DNA of 64,000 nucleotides, taken from IMG/VR virus record IMGVR_UViG_3300047160_035978, positions 713 through 64,712 of that record; one strand, 5' to 3'. Shown in pieces: positions 16,122 through 26,346 of this stretch. The position numbers and the translations under genes were made by a program. This DNA comes from a virus. Its lineage: Duplodnaviria; Caudoviricetes. The notes below the pieces were generated by a model that saw only the letters and a program-made list of their open reading frames with translations, had not been told where the DNA came from and searched no databases. The first letter of the stretch is position 1; each line of letters begins with the position of its first letter.

Positions 16122-17851
16122 GCCATCCGCACCTTGAAGTTGCGCACTAGGTCGGCGTTCACGCGCCGCTGCTCATCGCCGACCAAGCGCGCCGCGGTAT
16201 GCGGGTCGCCGCTGCCGTGCACGTGGATATCGACCTTCTGGTGTACGGTCGGATCGCCATATTGGCGTCCGTTCTCGAACTGGAAGATCGAGCGTGCCAG
16301 GTCCGGAATGCGGTCGGCGCCCAGCGGCGCGTCAGCGCTCACGCCCAGGGCGTTGGCGGCGAAATTGATGTAGCCGCCGGTGTTGTTCTCGCTGCTCGGG
16401 GCGTAGCGGCCGATGATAGAGCGCAGCGTGTTGTAGCCGTGGCCCATGTAGCCGCGGAGTAGGGCGGCGGTCGCTGCGATGCCCTGGCGCATTGACGGGA
16501 AGATGGCGAAGCCGCCGCCATCCGCGCCGGTGGCCCCCATCTTCCGTGCGAACGCCCCATACCTCAAATTGCCCGGGTTGCGGTTGCGGATCCCGCGTGG
16601 CTCACTGCCAGTCGGTGCGCTGCTTGGAGGCTGCGCAGCTTGCGGCACATCGCCTGCGGCCGTCACAATGCCATCCCGTGTATCGGTCAGCAGCTTGGTG
16701 AAATCTCCCCATGCCCTGGAAGCGTCGTTTTTGGCGGTGCCGAAATTGCCGCTCAGCAAGTTGATGATCGCCGCCGACAGGTCCAGCACCAGGTGCAGGA
16801 CATCGCCCAAGTCCTTCAGGGCGGTCAGCAGAACGGTCTTGATCGTCGGTCCGACAAAGCCAGCGATAGCCAGCCCGAGCTTGCCCAGCTCCACGGCCAA
16901 GTCCTTCGTGCCACTGATCAGATCTTTGAAGGTGTCGCGCCAGGAATCCCACGGCCCCAGCAAGTCCGATGCGGCCTTGCCGATCGTGTCGAGGACGCCT
17001 CGCATCTTGTCGCCGCCGGCGACGAAATTGACCACCCATAAGCCGGCGTCCTTCAGCCATTGAAGGACCGGAGTTAGAATCGGCTGCACGTAACCAGCCA
17101 GCGTGATGCCGACCTGCCGCCATTCCTCGCCCAGGCTGCGCACCTGGACCATTAGCTGATGCGCCTGCTTCGCCAACTGGTCAGTGTTGTCGCCAGCCTG
17201 GCGCTGGATCTCGTCGCCCTGGCGCAGGGCTTGGACGAACTCTCCCCAGTTGGCCGCGGCCTGCTGGATCATCTTCGGATCGAGGCCGAACTGCTGGCCG
17301 TACATCGCGGCCAGGAAGGTCGGCATCTTGCGCAGGCGGTCCAGCAGGGCGATCAGTTGCTCTTTGCCGTCGCGCCCGTTGAGGGGGCCGATCAGCGCCT
17401 GAAGCAGGCCGACATTGCCGGGATTCAGGCGGCCGGCCTGGACCAAGTTCTCGACGGCCGCGCGGGCGGCGTTGGCGTCGATGCCGATTTGGCTGGCTGC
17501 AAAGCCGATCGATCGCAAGTCCTTGACAGTCGATCCGGCGCGCTGGGCTTGGAAGGCGAGCTTTTCAAGGTCGTCGGAGACGTGCTCCACTGCGCGTGCA
17601 GCAGCGATTGCAAGCGCCTCGAGGCTGGCGACTATCAGAGCAAACTTGAGCGCCGTTGCGCCCCCTGATTTCTGCGCGCCCGCCTCAGCCTTTACTCCAG
17701 CCTCTTCAATCTCCTTCGCCGCCTTTCCAATCTGCTGCGCCTGCTTCGTCGCCTGATCAACCGCGCCCTTGTACTTGGCCTGCGACGACCCATCGACGCG
17801 GAATCCAATCTTGACCAGAAACTCCTTCAGAATCTCAGTTCCGCCGGCCAC
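16118..17851 (-). CDS. Tape measure protein with C-terminal lysozyme-like domain
   Basis: ILKEFLVKIGF start, helical body, RGIRNRNPGNLR...RYAPSSENNT; GTG start after GGAGG. Confidence 0.85.
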   Translation of the reverse strand: MAGGTEILKEFLVKIGFRVDGSSQAKYKGAVDQATKQAQQIGKAAKEIEEAGVKAEAGAQKSGGATALKFALIVASLEALAIAAARAVEHVSDDLEKLAFQAQRAGSTVKDLRSIGFAASQIGIDANAARAAVENLVQAGRLNPGNVGLLQALIGPLNGRDGKEQLIALLDRLRKMPTFLAAMYGQQFGLDPKMIQQAAANWGEFVQALRQGDEIQRQAGDNTDQLAKQAHQLMVQVRSLGEEWRQVGITLAGYVQPILTPVLQWLKDAGLWVVNFVAGGDKMRGVLDTIGKAASDLLGPWDSWRDTFKDLISGTKDLAVELGKLGLAIAGFVGPTIKTVLLTALKDLGDVLHLVLDLSAAIINLLSGNFGTAKNDASRAWGDFTKLLTDTRDGIVTAAGDVPQAAQPPSSAPTGSEPRGIRNRNPGNLRYGAFARKMGATGADGGGFAIFPSMRQGIAATAALLRGYMGHGYNTLRSIIGRYAPSSENNTGGYINFAANALGVSADAPLGADRIPDLARSIFQFENGRQYGDPTVHQKVDIHVHGSGDPHTAARLVGDEQRRVNADLVRNFKVRMA

Positions 17852-18436
17852 GATGCGCCTCCGCAATCCGCTGCCTGTTCAGGTCTTCCACGTCAAGAGC
17901 CTCATTGAGGTCCGCAACTTGGGCCAGGCTAACGCTGCCGTCATCCAGATCCCGTACATGCAGATGCCGGCGAAGCACGGGCCGGAACAGCCAGTCCTCG
18001 CCTGAAGCCATCTGCACGAGCGTCACGCCGGAGACGGCGCCTCCGCCTTGGACCCGGACGGCAGGGCGGGAAAAAAACCCCCCATGTTCTCCTGGATCAC
18101 CGCCACGACAAGGCGCAGCATCTGCGGCATGGCCATGTCCTCGAACATAAGCCGGCCGCCAGGGGCCATGACCTTGGCCCAGGCCGGCCCCTGCTGGCGC
18201 TCGCAGACAGCCAGGCAGGTGTCAAGAATGAAATCGACATCCTTATCTGGCATCTGCGCCACCACCTCGGCCAGCTGATCCAGTCCAGACAGGTTGCCGC
18301 TTTCGGCGCCCTTGAAGGCGTCGACATTCTCGGCCAGCACTTTGATGAAGGGCGCGAGCCGCCGGACAACATGGAACTGCACCCGAGCGCTGATGACGCC
18401 GGTGCGGTAGGTGAATTCACCGACTTTGAGTTCCAT
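17835..18436 (-). CDS. Tail assembly chaperone G (18023-18436) with -1 frameshift extension GT to 17835
   Basis: Slippery G-GGT-TTT at 18074-18080; -1 frame is open (...SRPAVRVQGGGAVSGVTLVQMASGEDWLFRPV) to 17835. Confidence 0.8.
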
Positions 18437-18439
18437 GGC

Positions 18440-18937
18440 TTAGCCCAGCGCGTCCGCGATCACGGAGCCGGCGCCGGCGGCGGCCAGGAGCTGGTTAAGC
18501 AGGGCGCCCCCGAGGGTGAAGTCGATCAGGATACTATCGAAGCTCCATTCGTTCATGCCGGCGACCGCGGCATAGTTGATGGTGGGCTGCTTGCTGAAGG
18601 CGCACTGCTGACAGGTGATGTGGTCACCCATCACATTGCCGATGATGATGGTGTTGTTGCCGTGCAGAAGTGACGAGCTGCGCTGTAGGTTGAGCATCGT
18701 CTGAAGCTGCGCGTTGAGTGGGCTCGTCTTGAGGGTCCGCACCAGCAGCTTGCCGGATCGGTTGGCGCTCAGACTGTGCTGGCCGTCGCCGCCGGCGCCG
18801 ATCGCCATGTTGTTCAGGTCGGCGGATGGCTCGATCGAGATGCCTTCCTCCGCGATGCCTGCGTTGGCGCCCATGTTGAAGTTACCACCGGGCCCGTTGA
18901 TGTTGGCGACGGTGTCGAGAAAGGAATACGTGGCCAT
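18440..18937 (-). CDS. Tail tube protein (DUF3277)
   Basis: MATYSFLDT..I.GPGG, AEEGI; follows sheath. Confidence 0.85.
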   Translation of the reverse strand: MATYSFLDTVANINGPGGNFNMGANAGIAEEGISIEPSADLNNMAIGAGGDGQHSLSANRSGKLLVRTLKTSPLNAQLQTMLNLQRSSSLLHGNNTIIIGNVMGDHITCQQCAFSKQPTINYAAVAGMNEWSFDSILIDFTLGGALLNQLLAAAGAGSVIADALG

Positions 18938-18949
18938 GGAAGCTCCGGA

Positions 18950-20434
18950 TTACTGGTTGACGACGAGGGCGATCTTCACGGTTTCGATCGCGCCGGCGAG
19001 CTTGGCGGCGATCTGGAACGTGACCGACTTGCGAGCGGCGCGGTCCGCCTGGCTCTGGCCGGCAATCGGCGGGGCGTAGCAGTAGAAGCCTGCCGACAGC
19101 CACTGCCCCTGCTGCAGCGAGCCGAAGCCCGCGGCATTCCATTGGCCCGGAGCCAGCACGCCGTTCTGCACATACTTGGAAAGCACAGCCTCGATGGCTG
19201 TCACCACTTGGTGGTTGCCGCTGTCGGTCTGTGGGACCTTCGTCGGGCTGGTATAGAGCAGGTTGAACACCGCGGTCTGGATGTCGATGCTCAGATTGTC
19301 GACCGCAGTCCGGACATCGATCGGAATGCCCGAGAACATCCGGCCCTGCCAGATGATCGCCGTGTTGTTGTTGAAGGCCAGGAAGGCGTTGCAGGACTTG
19401 CTCTGCAGGGCACCAAGCTGAGTGGCGGAGATGATCTCCGGCACGATGCCAGGCTCCTGTTTATACGCGAGGACGATCGCGGTGTTGTTGCCGGTGTAGT
19501 CGACCGTCAGGGCGCGGCCGGTGAGCGAGCAGGCCGAATAGGGGTTGCTGCTGCTGTATTGGCCACCGCTGCGGCTGTACTTCAGGGCGCTCAGCTCCGC
19601 GGCGATGTCGGTCGTGCTGGTGGGCGACAGCACGCCCGCCTCCTGAGTGGAAACCCAGTACGTATGAATCGGGCTACTCGCGGCCTCGATGTATGGGGCG
19701 ATGGCCAGATGATCGGCATCCACAGCCCCAGCCACGGTGACGCCATACCACTCCGTGCCGTAGAGCAGATCGAAAAGTTCCACCGCAGAGAGAGCAGTTT
19801 CGGCGGCCAGACCTGGGGCCTCGTAGGCGCCATTTCCGCTGACGTTCGTACCGTTGATCAGGCCGCTGATGTCGGTGCCCAAACTCGGCGCCGAGAGGAA
19901 GCTGATGGTCGAGCTGGTGCCTGTGGTGGCCGAGGTGAAGACGAACTGATTCTGGCTGGCCGAATAGGTGCAAGTCGCACCGGTCAGCGCGGCGCTGATG
20001 ATTGCGGCCGCGGCGTTGAAATTGCCAATGGCGCTGAAGTTCAGGCCCGACAAATGTTGTGCCGACCCTCCGTCGACCGTCACCGTGAAGCCGCCGCTGG
20101 TGACCGCCTTCAGGGCGGCCAAGGCGCTGTTGCCGAGGGCGCCACAGATCAGTTCGCCATTGGATGCCGACTGGACCCAGCGACCGATGAGCAGGTCGGT
20201 AGGCTGGGGCGCCTGCTCGAACCATAGAACGGCAGCAAGGTATTCGGGCGCGCTAGTCCCGAAGTCGGCGGCGACCGCATCGATCCCGGGGTACGTGCGC
20301 AAGCGCTCGACCGTGTCGATGACCGTCGAACTGCCGAGGACCAGCAGCGAGTTGAGAGACTGGCTCTGCGCGGCCTGAGGCGTCAGTGTGACGCCCACAT
20401 TGACCAGCAAAGACACGGGAAGGGGAGCAGTCAT
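18950..20434 (-). CDS. Tail sheath protein (DUF3383)
   Basis: VAADFGTSAPEYLAAVLWFEQAPQP, KVPQTDSG, KLAGAIETV. Confidence 0.9.
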   Translation of the reverse strand: MTAPLPVSLLVNVGVTLTPQAAQSQSLNSLLVLGSSTVIDTVERLRTYPGIDAVAADFGTSAPEYLAAVLWFEQAPQPTDLLIGRWVQSASNGELICGALGNSALAALKAVTSGGFTVTVDGGSAQHLSGLNFSAIGNFNAAAAIISAALTGATCTYSASQNQFVFTSATTGTSSTISFLSAPSLGTDISGLINGTNVSGNGAYEAPGLAAETALSAVELFDLLYGTEWYGVTVAGAVDADHLAIAPYIEAASSPIHTYWVSTQEAGVLSPTSTTDIAAELSALKYSRSGGQYSSSNPYSACSLTGRALTVDYTGNNTAIVLAYKQEPGIVPEIISATQLGALQSKSCNAFLAFNNNTAIIWQGRMFSGIPIDVRTAVDNLSIDIQTAVFNLLYTSPTKVPQTDSGNHQVVTAIEAVLSKYVQNGVLAPGQWNAAGFGSLQQGQWLSAGFYCYAPPIAGQSQADRAARKSVTFQIAAKLAGAIETVKIALVVNQ

Positions 20435-21087
20435 GGGGACTCCTGAATGGTGATGCTCGTCGAGACGGCAGGCTGGTCCGTCGTGACCTGAACAGAGGCC
20501 GATTCTAGGTTCAGGATCGGCACGAAATTGATGATGGCGCGGCGCAACTGCACCGAGAGATCACATCGGCGCAGCCAGCGCTCTTTGAGCAGCGTCGGTA
20601 CCACCGTGATTCGTCCGGTCGAAATCAGCCCAATCCCGAGCTGTTGAAGAGGCTCAAGGTTCTGGGCGACCTGAAGGCTCTCCCGCAATCGGCGGCAGTA
20701 GCCTTCGCAGTTGGGGCCATAGAAACTGCACTGAACGGTCAGCTCTTCCGTCCGGTACTGGATGTTGTATCCCTCGTAGTCCGGAAAGTGGCCCTGCCAA
20801 TCGAAGATATCCGCATCGATGTAGGTGATTCCGATGGACGCCCAATTTGTGCCATAGGCAGGCACGTTCGGGGTCTCGGGCTGCCACCGCGGCCGAACCA
20901 TCGTTGGATCCAGTCCGATGATCCCGGCCAGAATGTTCTGGAGGATCGAGTCCAGATCATCGTCGCTGAAGTTCGGAAGGGCACCTAATGCGCCGAGTCC
21001 GAGGCCCGCATAACCGGGCGGGGGCGTCCCTAGCGCGAACGCGGGAAATGACGCCAGCGGGCCGCCCGTTGAAGAATCGTTGGTCAC
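20431..21087 (-). CDS. Neck/tail terminator protein
   Basis: IIGLDPTMVRPRWQPE, QCSFYGP; position. Confidence 0.75.
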   Translation of the reverse strand: MTNDSSTGGPLASFPAFALGTPPPGYAGLGLGALGALPNFSDDDLDSILQNILAGIIGLDPTMVRPRWQPETPNVPAYGTNWASIGITYIDADIFDWQGHFPDYEGYNIQYRTEELTVQCSFYGPNCEGYCRRLRESLQVAQNLEPLQQLGIGLISTGRITVVPTLLKERWLRRCDLSVQLRRAIINFVPILNLESASVQVTTDQPAVSTSITIQESP

Positions 21088-21089
21088 GG

Positions 21090-21485
21090 TCAGATCTGTG
21101 GCACAGCGTTAAGATCGACGGTTGTACATTCAGCCTCGACAAAGCCGGGGCCATACAGGTACGGTTTGACGCTCTTCACGATGTAGTTGCCGCCGCGCCA
21201 CTGAACCAGATCGGGCTGATAGTTGTTCGTCCCATCGGTCGACGCGCCACGCAGCCCGAACATGGTCACCACCGTGATCGTTGACGCTTGGGTCGAGAAA
21301 TCGGCCTGACGGACCAGGCTGTTTTCTCCGGTCGGGAACACGGCACCGACAACATTGGTAAACGGTGTCGTCGTCAGTTGAGAACGCCCATGTGTGTCGA
21401 TCGCTTCCTGCCGTCTGAGGACCGTGAATTGACTCCCGGCCAAGTCGGTGTCCAGCAAAAGGTCGGTGACATCAAGGTCGGCCAC
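21090..21485 (-). CDS. Head-tail adaptor protein
   Basis: Position and DLVQWRGGNY motif. Confidence 0.7.
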   Translation of the reverse strand: MADLDVTDLLLDTDLAGSQFTVLRRQEAIDTHGRSQLTTTPFTNVVGAVFPTGENSLVRQADFSTQASTITVVTMFGLRGASTDGTNNYQPDLVQWRGGNYIVKSVKPYLYGPGFVEAECTTVDLNAVPQI

Positions 21486-21988
21486 TACTTACTCCGACGA
21501 CGAAGAACGTAGGTGATGGCCTGGCGGTACTGCCCAGACTCCTGCAGCGGCGCCTCGCCCTCGTGGCCGCGGCGCTTCCGGGCCGCGATGGTGGACGGCG
21601 CCAAAGGCACGAACGGGCCGGTGATGATCCGGCTCCGCACCGCGGCTTGGGCGATCAGGCCGGCGCGGTTGAGGCGCGTGTCCACGTCGTCCATGCGGCC
21701 GTCCAGCGCCGCGGCGAAGGCGCCGCCGAGCTCGGGGGTGAGGCGATCCCGGGCATCCTCGATGCCGGGAAACAGGTGCGGGCGCGCCGGGATGTTGTTC
21801 ACTGGCGAGCCGAACTCGTTGATGTAGCCGATGGCCGCATTCGTGATGCCGGCCGGTTCGCCTGGTTCAGGCTCCCGCTGGGTCTCGGCCTCCGGCACGC
21901 CGACCAGCACGTCCTGCGTGGATAGGGCCCGCAGATCTCGCACCAGGGCACCGACCCGGTCGACGGTGACCTCGATGCCGGACTTCAC
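21485..21988 (-). CDS. Neck protein (HK97 gp10-like)
   Basis: VLVGVPE, AIGYINEFGSP..NIPARP, PLAPSTIAARK. Confidence 0.75.
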   Translation of the reverse strand: MKSGIEVTVDRVGALVRDLRALSTQDVLVGVPEAETQREPEPGEPAGITNAAIGYINEFGSPVNNIPARPHLFPGIEDARDRLTPELGGAFAAALDGRMDDVDTRLNRAGLIAQAAVRSRIITGPFVPLAPSTIAARKRRGHEGEAPLQESGQYRQAITYVLRRRSK

Positions 21989-21994
21989 GGTGCC

Positions 21995-22411
21995 CTACAG
22001 CCGGAAGCGGCCGCGGTAAGTACGCGGCCGATATACCGGCCCCAAGCAGTACTGCTGCATCATCTTGTAAAGGCGCTGGCCGTAGACGGTCGCGTTCCAT
22101 AGGCCGGCGCCCTCGATGGCGGCAGCCTGGGTGTCGTAGGACGCCGAAACCGGGCCGACCGTCTTCGAGGACTGCGGAGCCGCAGCCTGGCCGGGGATGC
22201 CGCCTTGCAGCGCAGCCTTGTTCTGTCGCGCGGCCAGCACCAGGTAGTGCGCCACGAACAGCGATGCTGCCAAGTCCAGCTGCGAGCCGAACCGCGAGGC
22301 GTTCAGTTGGCCGTAGGCAGCCGAGATTTCCAGTTGGATTCGCGCCGGCGGATACGTGGTTGAGTCGCTGAACTCCGGAAATGACTCAACAAACGATGCT
22401 GGTGTGATCAT
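21995..22411 (-). CDS. Head-tail connector (DUF4054)
   Basis: FVESFPEFSD, LFVAHYL, WNATVYGQR. Confidence 0.85.
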   Translation of the reverse strand: MITPASFVESFPEFSDSTTYPPARIQLEISAAYGQLNASRFGSQLDLAASLFVAHYLVLAARQNKAALQGGIPGQAAAPQSSKTVGPVSASYDTQAAAIEGAGLWNATVYGQRLYKMMQQYCLGPVYRPRTYRGRFRL

Positions 22412-22477
22412 TTCAGGGGCTCTTCTTGAAGCTCGACCAGGTCTTTACCGATGGCATCGGCAAACACATCGTCGACT

Positions 22478-24697
22478 TCAGTAGCCCGTGCAACTGAGCT
22501 GGATCACGTCGCCGGATGCCCATGCCCCAGCCGCACCGGCTGTGGTGAAGTTGCCGATGGTGATCGAGGTCGTGGTAGTCGCAGTAACCTTCGTCATGAA
22601 TACGGTGGCGGAGGTGGTTGTGAGATCATTGGGCGCCGGACACGACCACCCATGGCTCGCCGCCGGCATCGTGATGACGCCACTGGTCGCGGTCCCGCCG
22701 GTACCGACGTTCACAGTGAAGGCTGCGGTGCCATTGTTGGCACCCACTGACGGCGTGGTGCCGAATCCGCTGGCGATTGATGGGGCTGTCGCTGACTCCC
22801 ACAGAGTCACAAGGTTGATGCTGGAGTTGATATTGACGGAGCCGTTGAACTGGCTCGTGCCCGCCGCGACATACAAAGCGCGCGGAGCGCTCAGGGTGAC
22901 GTTGGTTCCAGCCGCCGGCGCGTTGTCGATGCAGAGAGTGCATACGACAGCGCTGTAGGTGACGCCGGAGTTGGAGGCGGCCAGGGTCGGTTGCAGGAAG
23001 CCGTACATATACTGCTTCGTCGCATTCGTGCCGGTCGCCGTGCTGGTGTCAGTCGCAGTGGCGGCGGCGTTCGCAGCGAAGTACCCGGCCGTGCCTTGGG
23101 AGGTGACGGAGATGTTGCCGCTGTTTTTGAAGATGGCTGCGGCGATGGAGGAGCTGAACGTGTCGGCGCCGCTGAAGGTAAGCGTGCCGTTCAGTAGCCC
23201 CAGGGTCGCCCCGCTCGTGCCGGTGCTCTGGTAGGCGGCGCTGCCGAGCGTGCCGCCGCCGCCGATTGCGAGGGTGCTGCCGTCAGTCGCGGTCAGCGTC
23301 AGGGTGTTGGAGGCGGTCAGCGTTTTGCCATCGGCAATGGTCAGCGTCGATCCGGTGGCCGGGGCGGTCAGCGTCACCTTGTTGATCGTGGTCGCGGTCG
23401 CCGCGCCGAGGACCGGGGCGGTCAGCGTCTTGTTGCTGAGCGTCTGGGTGTCAGTCGTTGTGACGATCGGATTGCCATTGGCGGTGATGTTCGCCAGCGA
23501 GCCCGCCGTCAGGTTCGTGGTATCCCCGGCGTTGGCCGAGTCGCCGAGCACGTTCGCGATGGTGCTGCCGGTCTTGATGCTGGAGAACACCGTCGTAGGG
23601 GTCTTGCCGTTGCGCAGCAGCAGAGTCCCGTTCTTCAGGTCGAAGCGCGCCATCTCCCAGGCGCTGCCGTTGGTACCATCACTGGCGCCGATGCTGATTG
23701 GGGCAGAGGAGACGAAGTTGCTGGCTGCGCCCACGACGCAGCTCTCCCCGGTCGGACCGCCAACCACCTGCGCACCCTGCGTGCTGCCGACACCGGTGCA
23801 GAACATGGCGGTCTGCGTCTCGCTGCCGACGGCCGCCAGCAGACCGGCGAAGGCCCCGCCGCCAATGCCAGGATCCTGAACCGACAGCAGCGGGTCGCCG
23901 CCGGGCGCCGACGTGAAAAGCACATCGTTGCCGAAGACCTTGAATTCCTCGCCGTAGAACGAATCCTTGTAGTCGAGTGCGTTCAGCTGATTGGCAGCGC
24001 CGTAGGTCAGGAACAGGCCGTCCGTGGTTGAGGCGGTCCCGCCGTCGGAGACGGGGACGATCCCGAAGGTGCCGGTGCCATTGTTTTGGAACGCGAGCTG
24101 CTTCTCGTTGGCGGTCCCCGTGGTGGACTGGATGATCAGCTGCTTGCCGGCGGCGCCGGTGTTCGAGAAGGTCTGCGTGCCTGGTCCCCACAGGCATGCC
24201 GAGGCCGATAGCAGGCAGTAAAACGACGAGTAGTCGGAACCGGTCGGCGCCACCGCGCCGGTCCGGCCGTTGAATGACGTCACCGCATTCGAGGCATTGA
24301 CCCCGCCGCCACTCTTCAGGGCGACGGGACCATTGGCCTGCATGATCCGAAGCGTGGTCGTGCTCGACGCCGTGATGGCTGCCAGGTACGTGTTGGAGCC
24401 GGCCCAGAGGCTCAGGCCAGTCCCTGCCGGCACGGCGATTCCCGTGGTCGTCGCCACGACGGAGTTGCCACCTAGGGCGATGAATGCCTCGACGGTGCCC
24501 TCGTTGAAGACGTAGACCGTCGAATACGGCGCTGAGGCGGGGAGGGCGACGTTCGAGGATGAGCTGCTGACCGCCAGGGGAGTGGAGGTCGGCGCGATCA
24601 CCGAGCTCGGCGGCGGGTCCGGCGGGGGGGCCGCCAGGCCAGCGGAGGCAATCAGCGCTCCGCCGGCCAGCGCCAGCATGCGAAGTAAGGTCCGCAT
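22478..24697 (-). CDS. Large Gly/Thr/Ala-rich fibre-like protein with signal-peptide-like N-terminus
   Basis: MRTLLRMLALAGGALIASAGLA-A; fibre-like tract TDTQTLSNKTLTAP..TINKVTLTAPATGSTLTIADGKTLT. Confidence 0.6.
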   Translation of the reverse strand: MRTLLRMLALAGGALIASAGLAAPPPDPPPSSVIAPTSTPLAVSSSSSNVALPASAPYSTVYVFNEGTVEAFIALGGNSVVATTTGIAVPAGTGLSLWAGSNTYLAAITASSTTTLRIMQANGPVALKSGGGVNASNAVTSFNGRTGAVAPTGSDYSSFYCLLSASACLWGPGTQTFSNTGAAGKQLIIQSTTGTANEKQLAFQNNGTGTFGIVPVSDGGTASTTDGLFLTYGAANQLNALDYKDSFYGEEFKVFGNDVLFTSAPGGDPLLSVQDPGIGGGAFAGLLAAVGSETQTAMFCTGVGSTQGAQVVGGPTGESCVVGAASNFVSSAPISIGASDGTNGSAWEMARFDLKNGTLLLRNGKTPTTVFSSIKTGSTIANVLGDSANAGDTTNLTAGSLANITANGNPIVTTTDTQTLSNKTLTAPVLGAATATTINKVTLTAPATGSTLTIADGKTLTASNTLTLTATDGSTLAIGGGGTLGSAAYQSTGTSGATLGLLNGTLTFSGADTFSSSIAAAIFKNSGNISVTSQGTAGYFAANAAATATDTSTATGTNATKQYMYGFLQPTLAASNSGVTYSAVVCTLCIDNAPAAGTNVTLSAPRALYVAAGTSQFNGSVNINSSINLVTLWESATAPSIASGFGTTPSVGANNGTAAFTVNVGTGGTATSGVITMPAASHGWSCPAPNDLTTTSATVFMTKVTATTTTSITIGNFTTAGAAGAWASGDVIQLSCTGY

Positions 24698-24708
24698 GGC
24701 AGGGAGTC

Positions 24709-25143
24709 CTACGCCGCTTCCTTGGTGCCGCGTTCGATGCCCTTGAGCGCCTTCTGCGGCTTCTCGGGATCGATCGGTTCCAGGCCGCTGCGCTGCGCCT
24801 CGTGCTCCTTGGCGCAGGCCTCGACGTCCGCCGGCTTGTCGTAGGCGAAGATCAGGTTGGCCTTGACGGCGTCGTGATCCTTGTTCTGTTTCAGCCACTC
24901 GGTGAAGAACTCGGCATCGACGTTCGGCGTCAGCGCATATCCCGCCACCACGGGGTAGGCAGGGTTGCGGCCGAAGAGCGCGGCGCCAGGGCCATTGATC
25001 TTGACGGCCTCGCCGATCTGCTCGGCGCGCTTGATCTTTCGGGTGCCGCCGCCGAGAACGGGCTCGGCGTCTTCCACCATCTTGAAGAGGCGCAGCAGGA
25101 GGCCGTTGGCGACCTTGCAGGCAACGGTAACGGTACCGGTCAT
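24709..25143 (-). CDS. Conserved head-region protein following the major capsid gene
   Basis: TVTVACKVANGLLLRL, GYALTPNVDAEFF.EW, SGLEPIDP. Confidence 0.65.
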   Translation of the reverse strand: MTGTVTVACKVANGLLLRLFKMVEDAEPVLGGGTRKIKRAEQIGEAVKINGPGAALFGRNPAYPVVAGYALTPNVDAEFFTEWLKQNKDHDAVKANLIFAYDKPADVEACAKEHEAQRSGLEPIDPEKPQKALKGIERGTKEAA

Positions 25144-25182
25144 GGGTTGAAGTCCTCTGACTTGAAAAAAAGGCCGGGCAAC

Positions 25183-25207
25183 AAAAAACCCGCCTTTCGG
25201 CGGGTTT
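25183..25207 (-). terminator. Intrinsic terminator after major capsid gene
   Basis: Minus strand AAACCCGCC-GAAA-GGCGGG-TTTTTT. Confidence 0.8.
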
Positions 25208-25229
25208 CCTGTTCAGCTCCGGAGGGTTG

Positions 25230-26321
25230 TTACACGCCCACCATCTGGGCGAAGCCGGCGGGGAGGCGGATGATCGCGCCCCAGGTACCGCCGGTGACCT
25301 TCTGCTTGTAGCTCGACGCGGCCGGGATGATCTTGTGCGCCCGCATCTTCTCGTTGAAGGCGCAGTAGCCGGTCTTCATGCCCTCGACCTCCTCCACGAT
25401 CATCTGGACCATGTTGCCCGCCGCGACGCCCTGCGGGTTCGAGCTGGAGAGCGCCCCGTACTGCACCGCCGTCTCGAAGCGGATGTTGGGGAAGTTCTTC
25501 TTCAGCAGGTCGTAGACGTTGACGTTGAAGCTGTTGGTCGCGGTCAGAGCCACTGCCGAGCTCGGGGACATGGACAGCACCAGCTTGGCCTGCTGGTCGA
25601 CCAGGCCACCGGTCTGGTTCACCAGCTGGATGAACAGCGACTGGATGTCGGCGTAGACCTCATTCGCCGTGGCATTGATCACGCCGCCGCTGGTGATCCA
25701 CTTCACGCCGCCGGCCGCCTTGGTGGCCGGGGTCAGCGCGGCCGACAGGTTCGGATCGTTCAGCAGGCCGTAGTTCTGCAGGCCGGCCACGCCGAAGAAG
25801 TAGGTCAGGTTGCTGAACTTGTTCAGCACCGTCGCCGCGGCGCGGTCGATCTCGGACACCCAGTTGATGCGGGCCAGGCCGGCGCGCTCCAGCTCGCGCT
25901 CGCCGTATTCCTTCATCGTCTGGAACAGGTAAGCCTGGCGCTGGGGCCAGTTGGTGTTGGCGCCGGCGCGGCCGTTCTCGGCGAAGTCGCCGTAGCTGGA
26001 CACCTCGCCGGTGTGCTCGACCACCGGGAACATCGCGGTCTCGTCCAGCCAGGTGCCCTTCTTCTGCTCGCCCAGGATCATGGCGCCCTTGTTGGGGGCG
26101 AACAGGATCTTGAAGACTTCCGGGTCGATCAGGGTTGTGAGTAGCGCCGGGACACCGGAGTTCGGGTCGGTGACCAGGGCCGGCAGGGCGTCCATGGCCA
26201 GTTCCGAGTCATAGGCCCAGCCGTCGGGGATGTATGCGGCGACGCCGGGGAGAACGACGCCACGAGCTGCCATCTGGGCCGCATCGCTGCGCCAGGCGGC
26301 AATCGCTTCTTGAAGGTTCAT
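25230..26321 (-). CDS. Major capsid protein (DUF2184)
   Basis: KKGTWLDET, GEVSSYGD, GLQNYGLLNDPNL, GGTWGAIIR. Confidence 0.9.
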   Translation of the reverse strand: MNLQEAIAAWRSDAAQMAARGVVLPGVAAYIPDGWAYDSELAMDALPALVTDPNSGVPALLTTLIDPEVFKILFAPNKGAMILGEQKKGTWLDETAMFPVVEHTGEVSSYGDFAENGRAGANTNWPQRQAYLFQTMKEYGERELERAGLARINWVSEIDRAAATVLNKFSNLTYFFGVAGLQNYGLLNDPNLSAALTPATKAAGGVKWITSGGVINATANEVYADIQSLFIQLVNQTGGLVDQQAKLVLSMSPSSAVALTATNSFNVNVYDLLKKNFPNIRFETAVQYGALSSSNPQGVAAGNMVQMIVEEVEGMKTGYCAFNEKMRAHKIIPAASSYKQKVTGGTWGAIIRLPAGFAQMVGV

Positions 26322-26346
26322 CTTTTTGCTCCTGTGGTGCGCGCGC

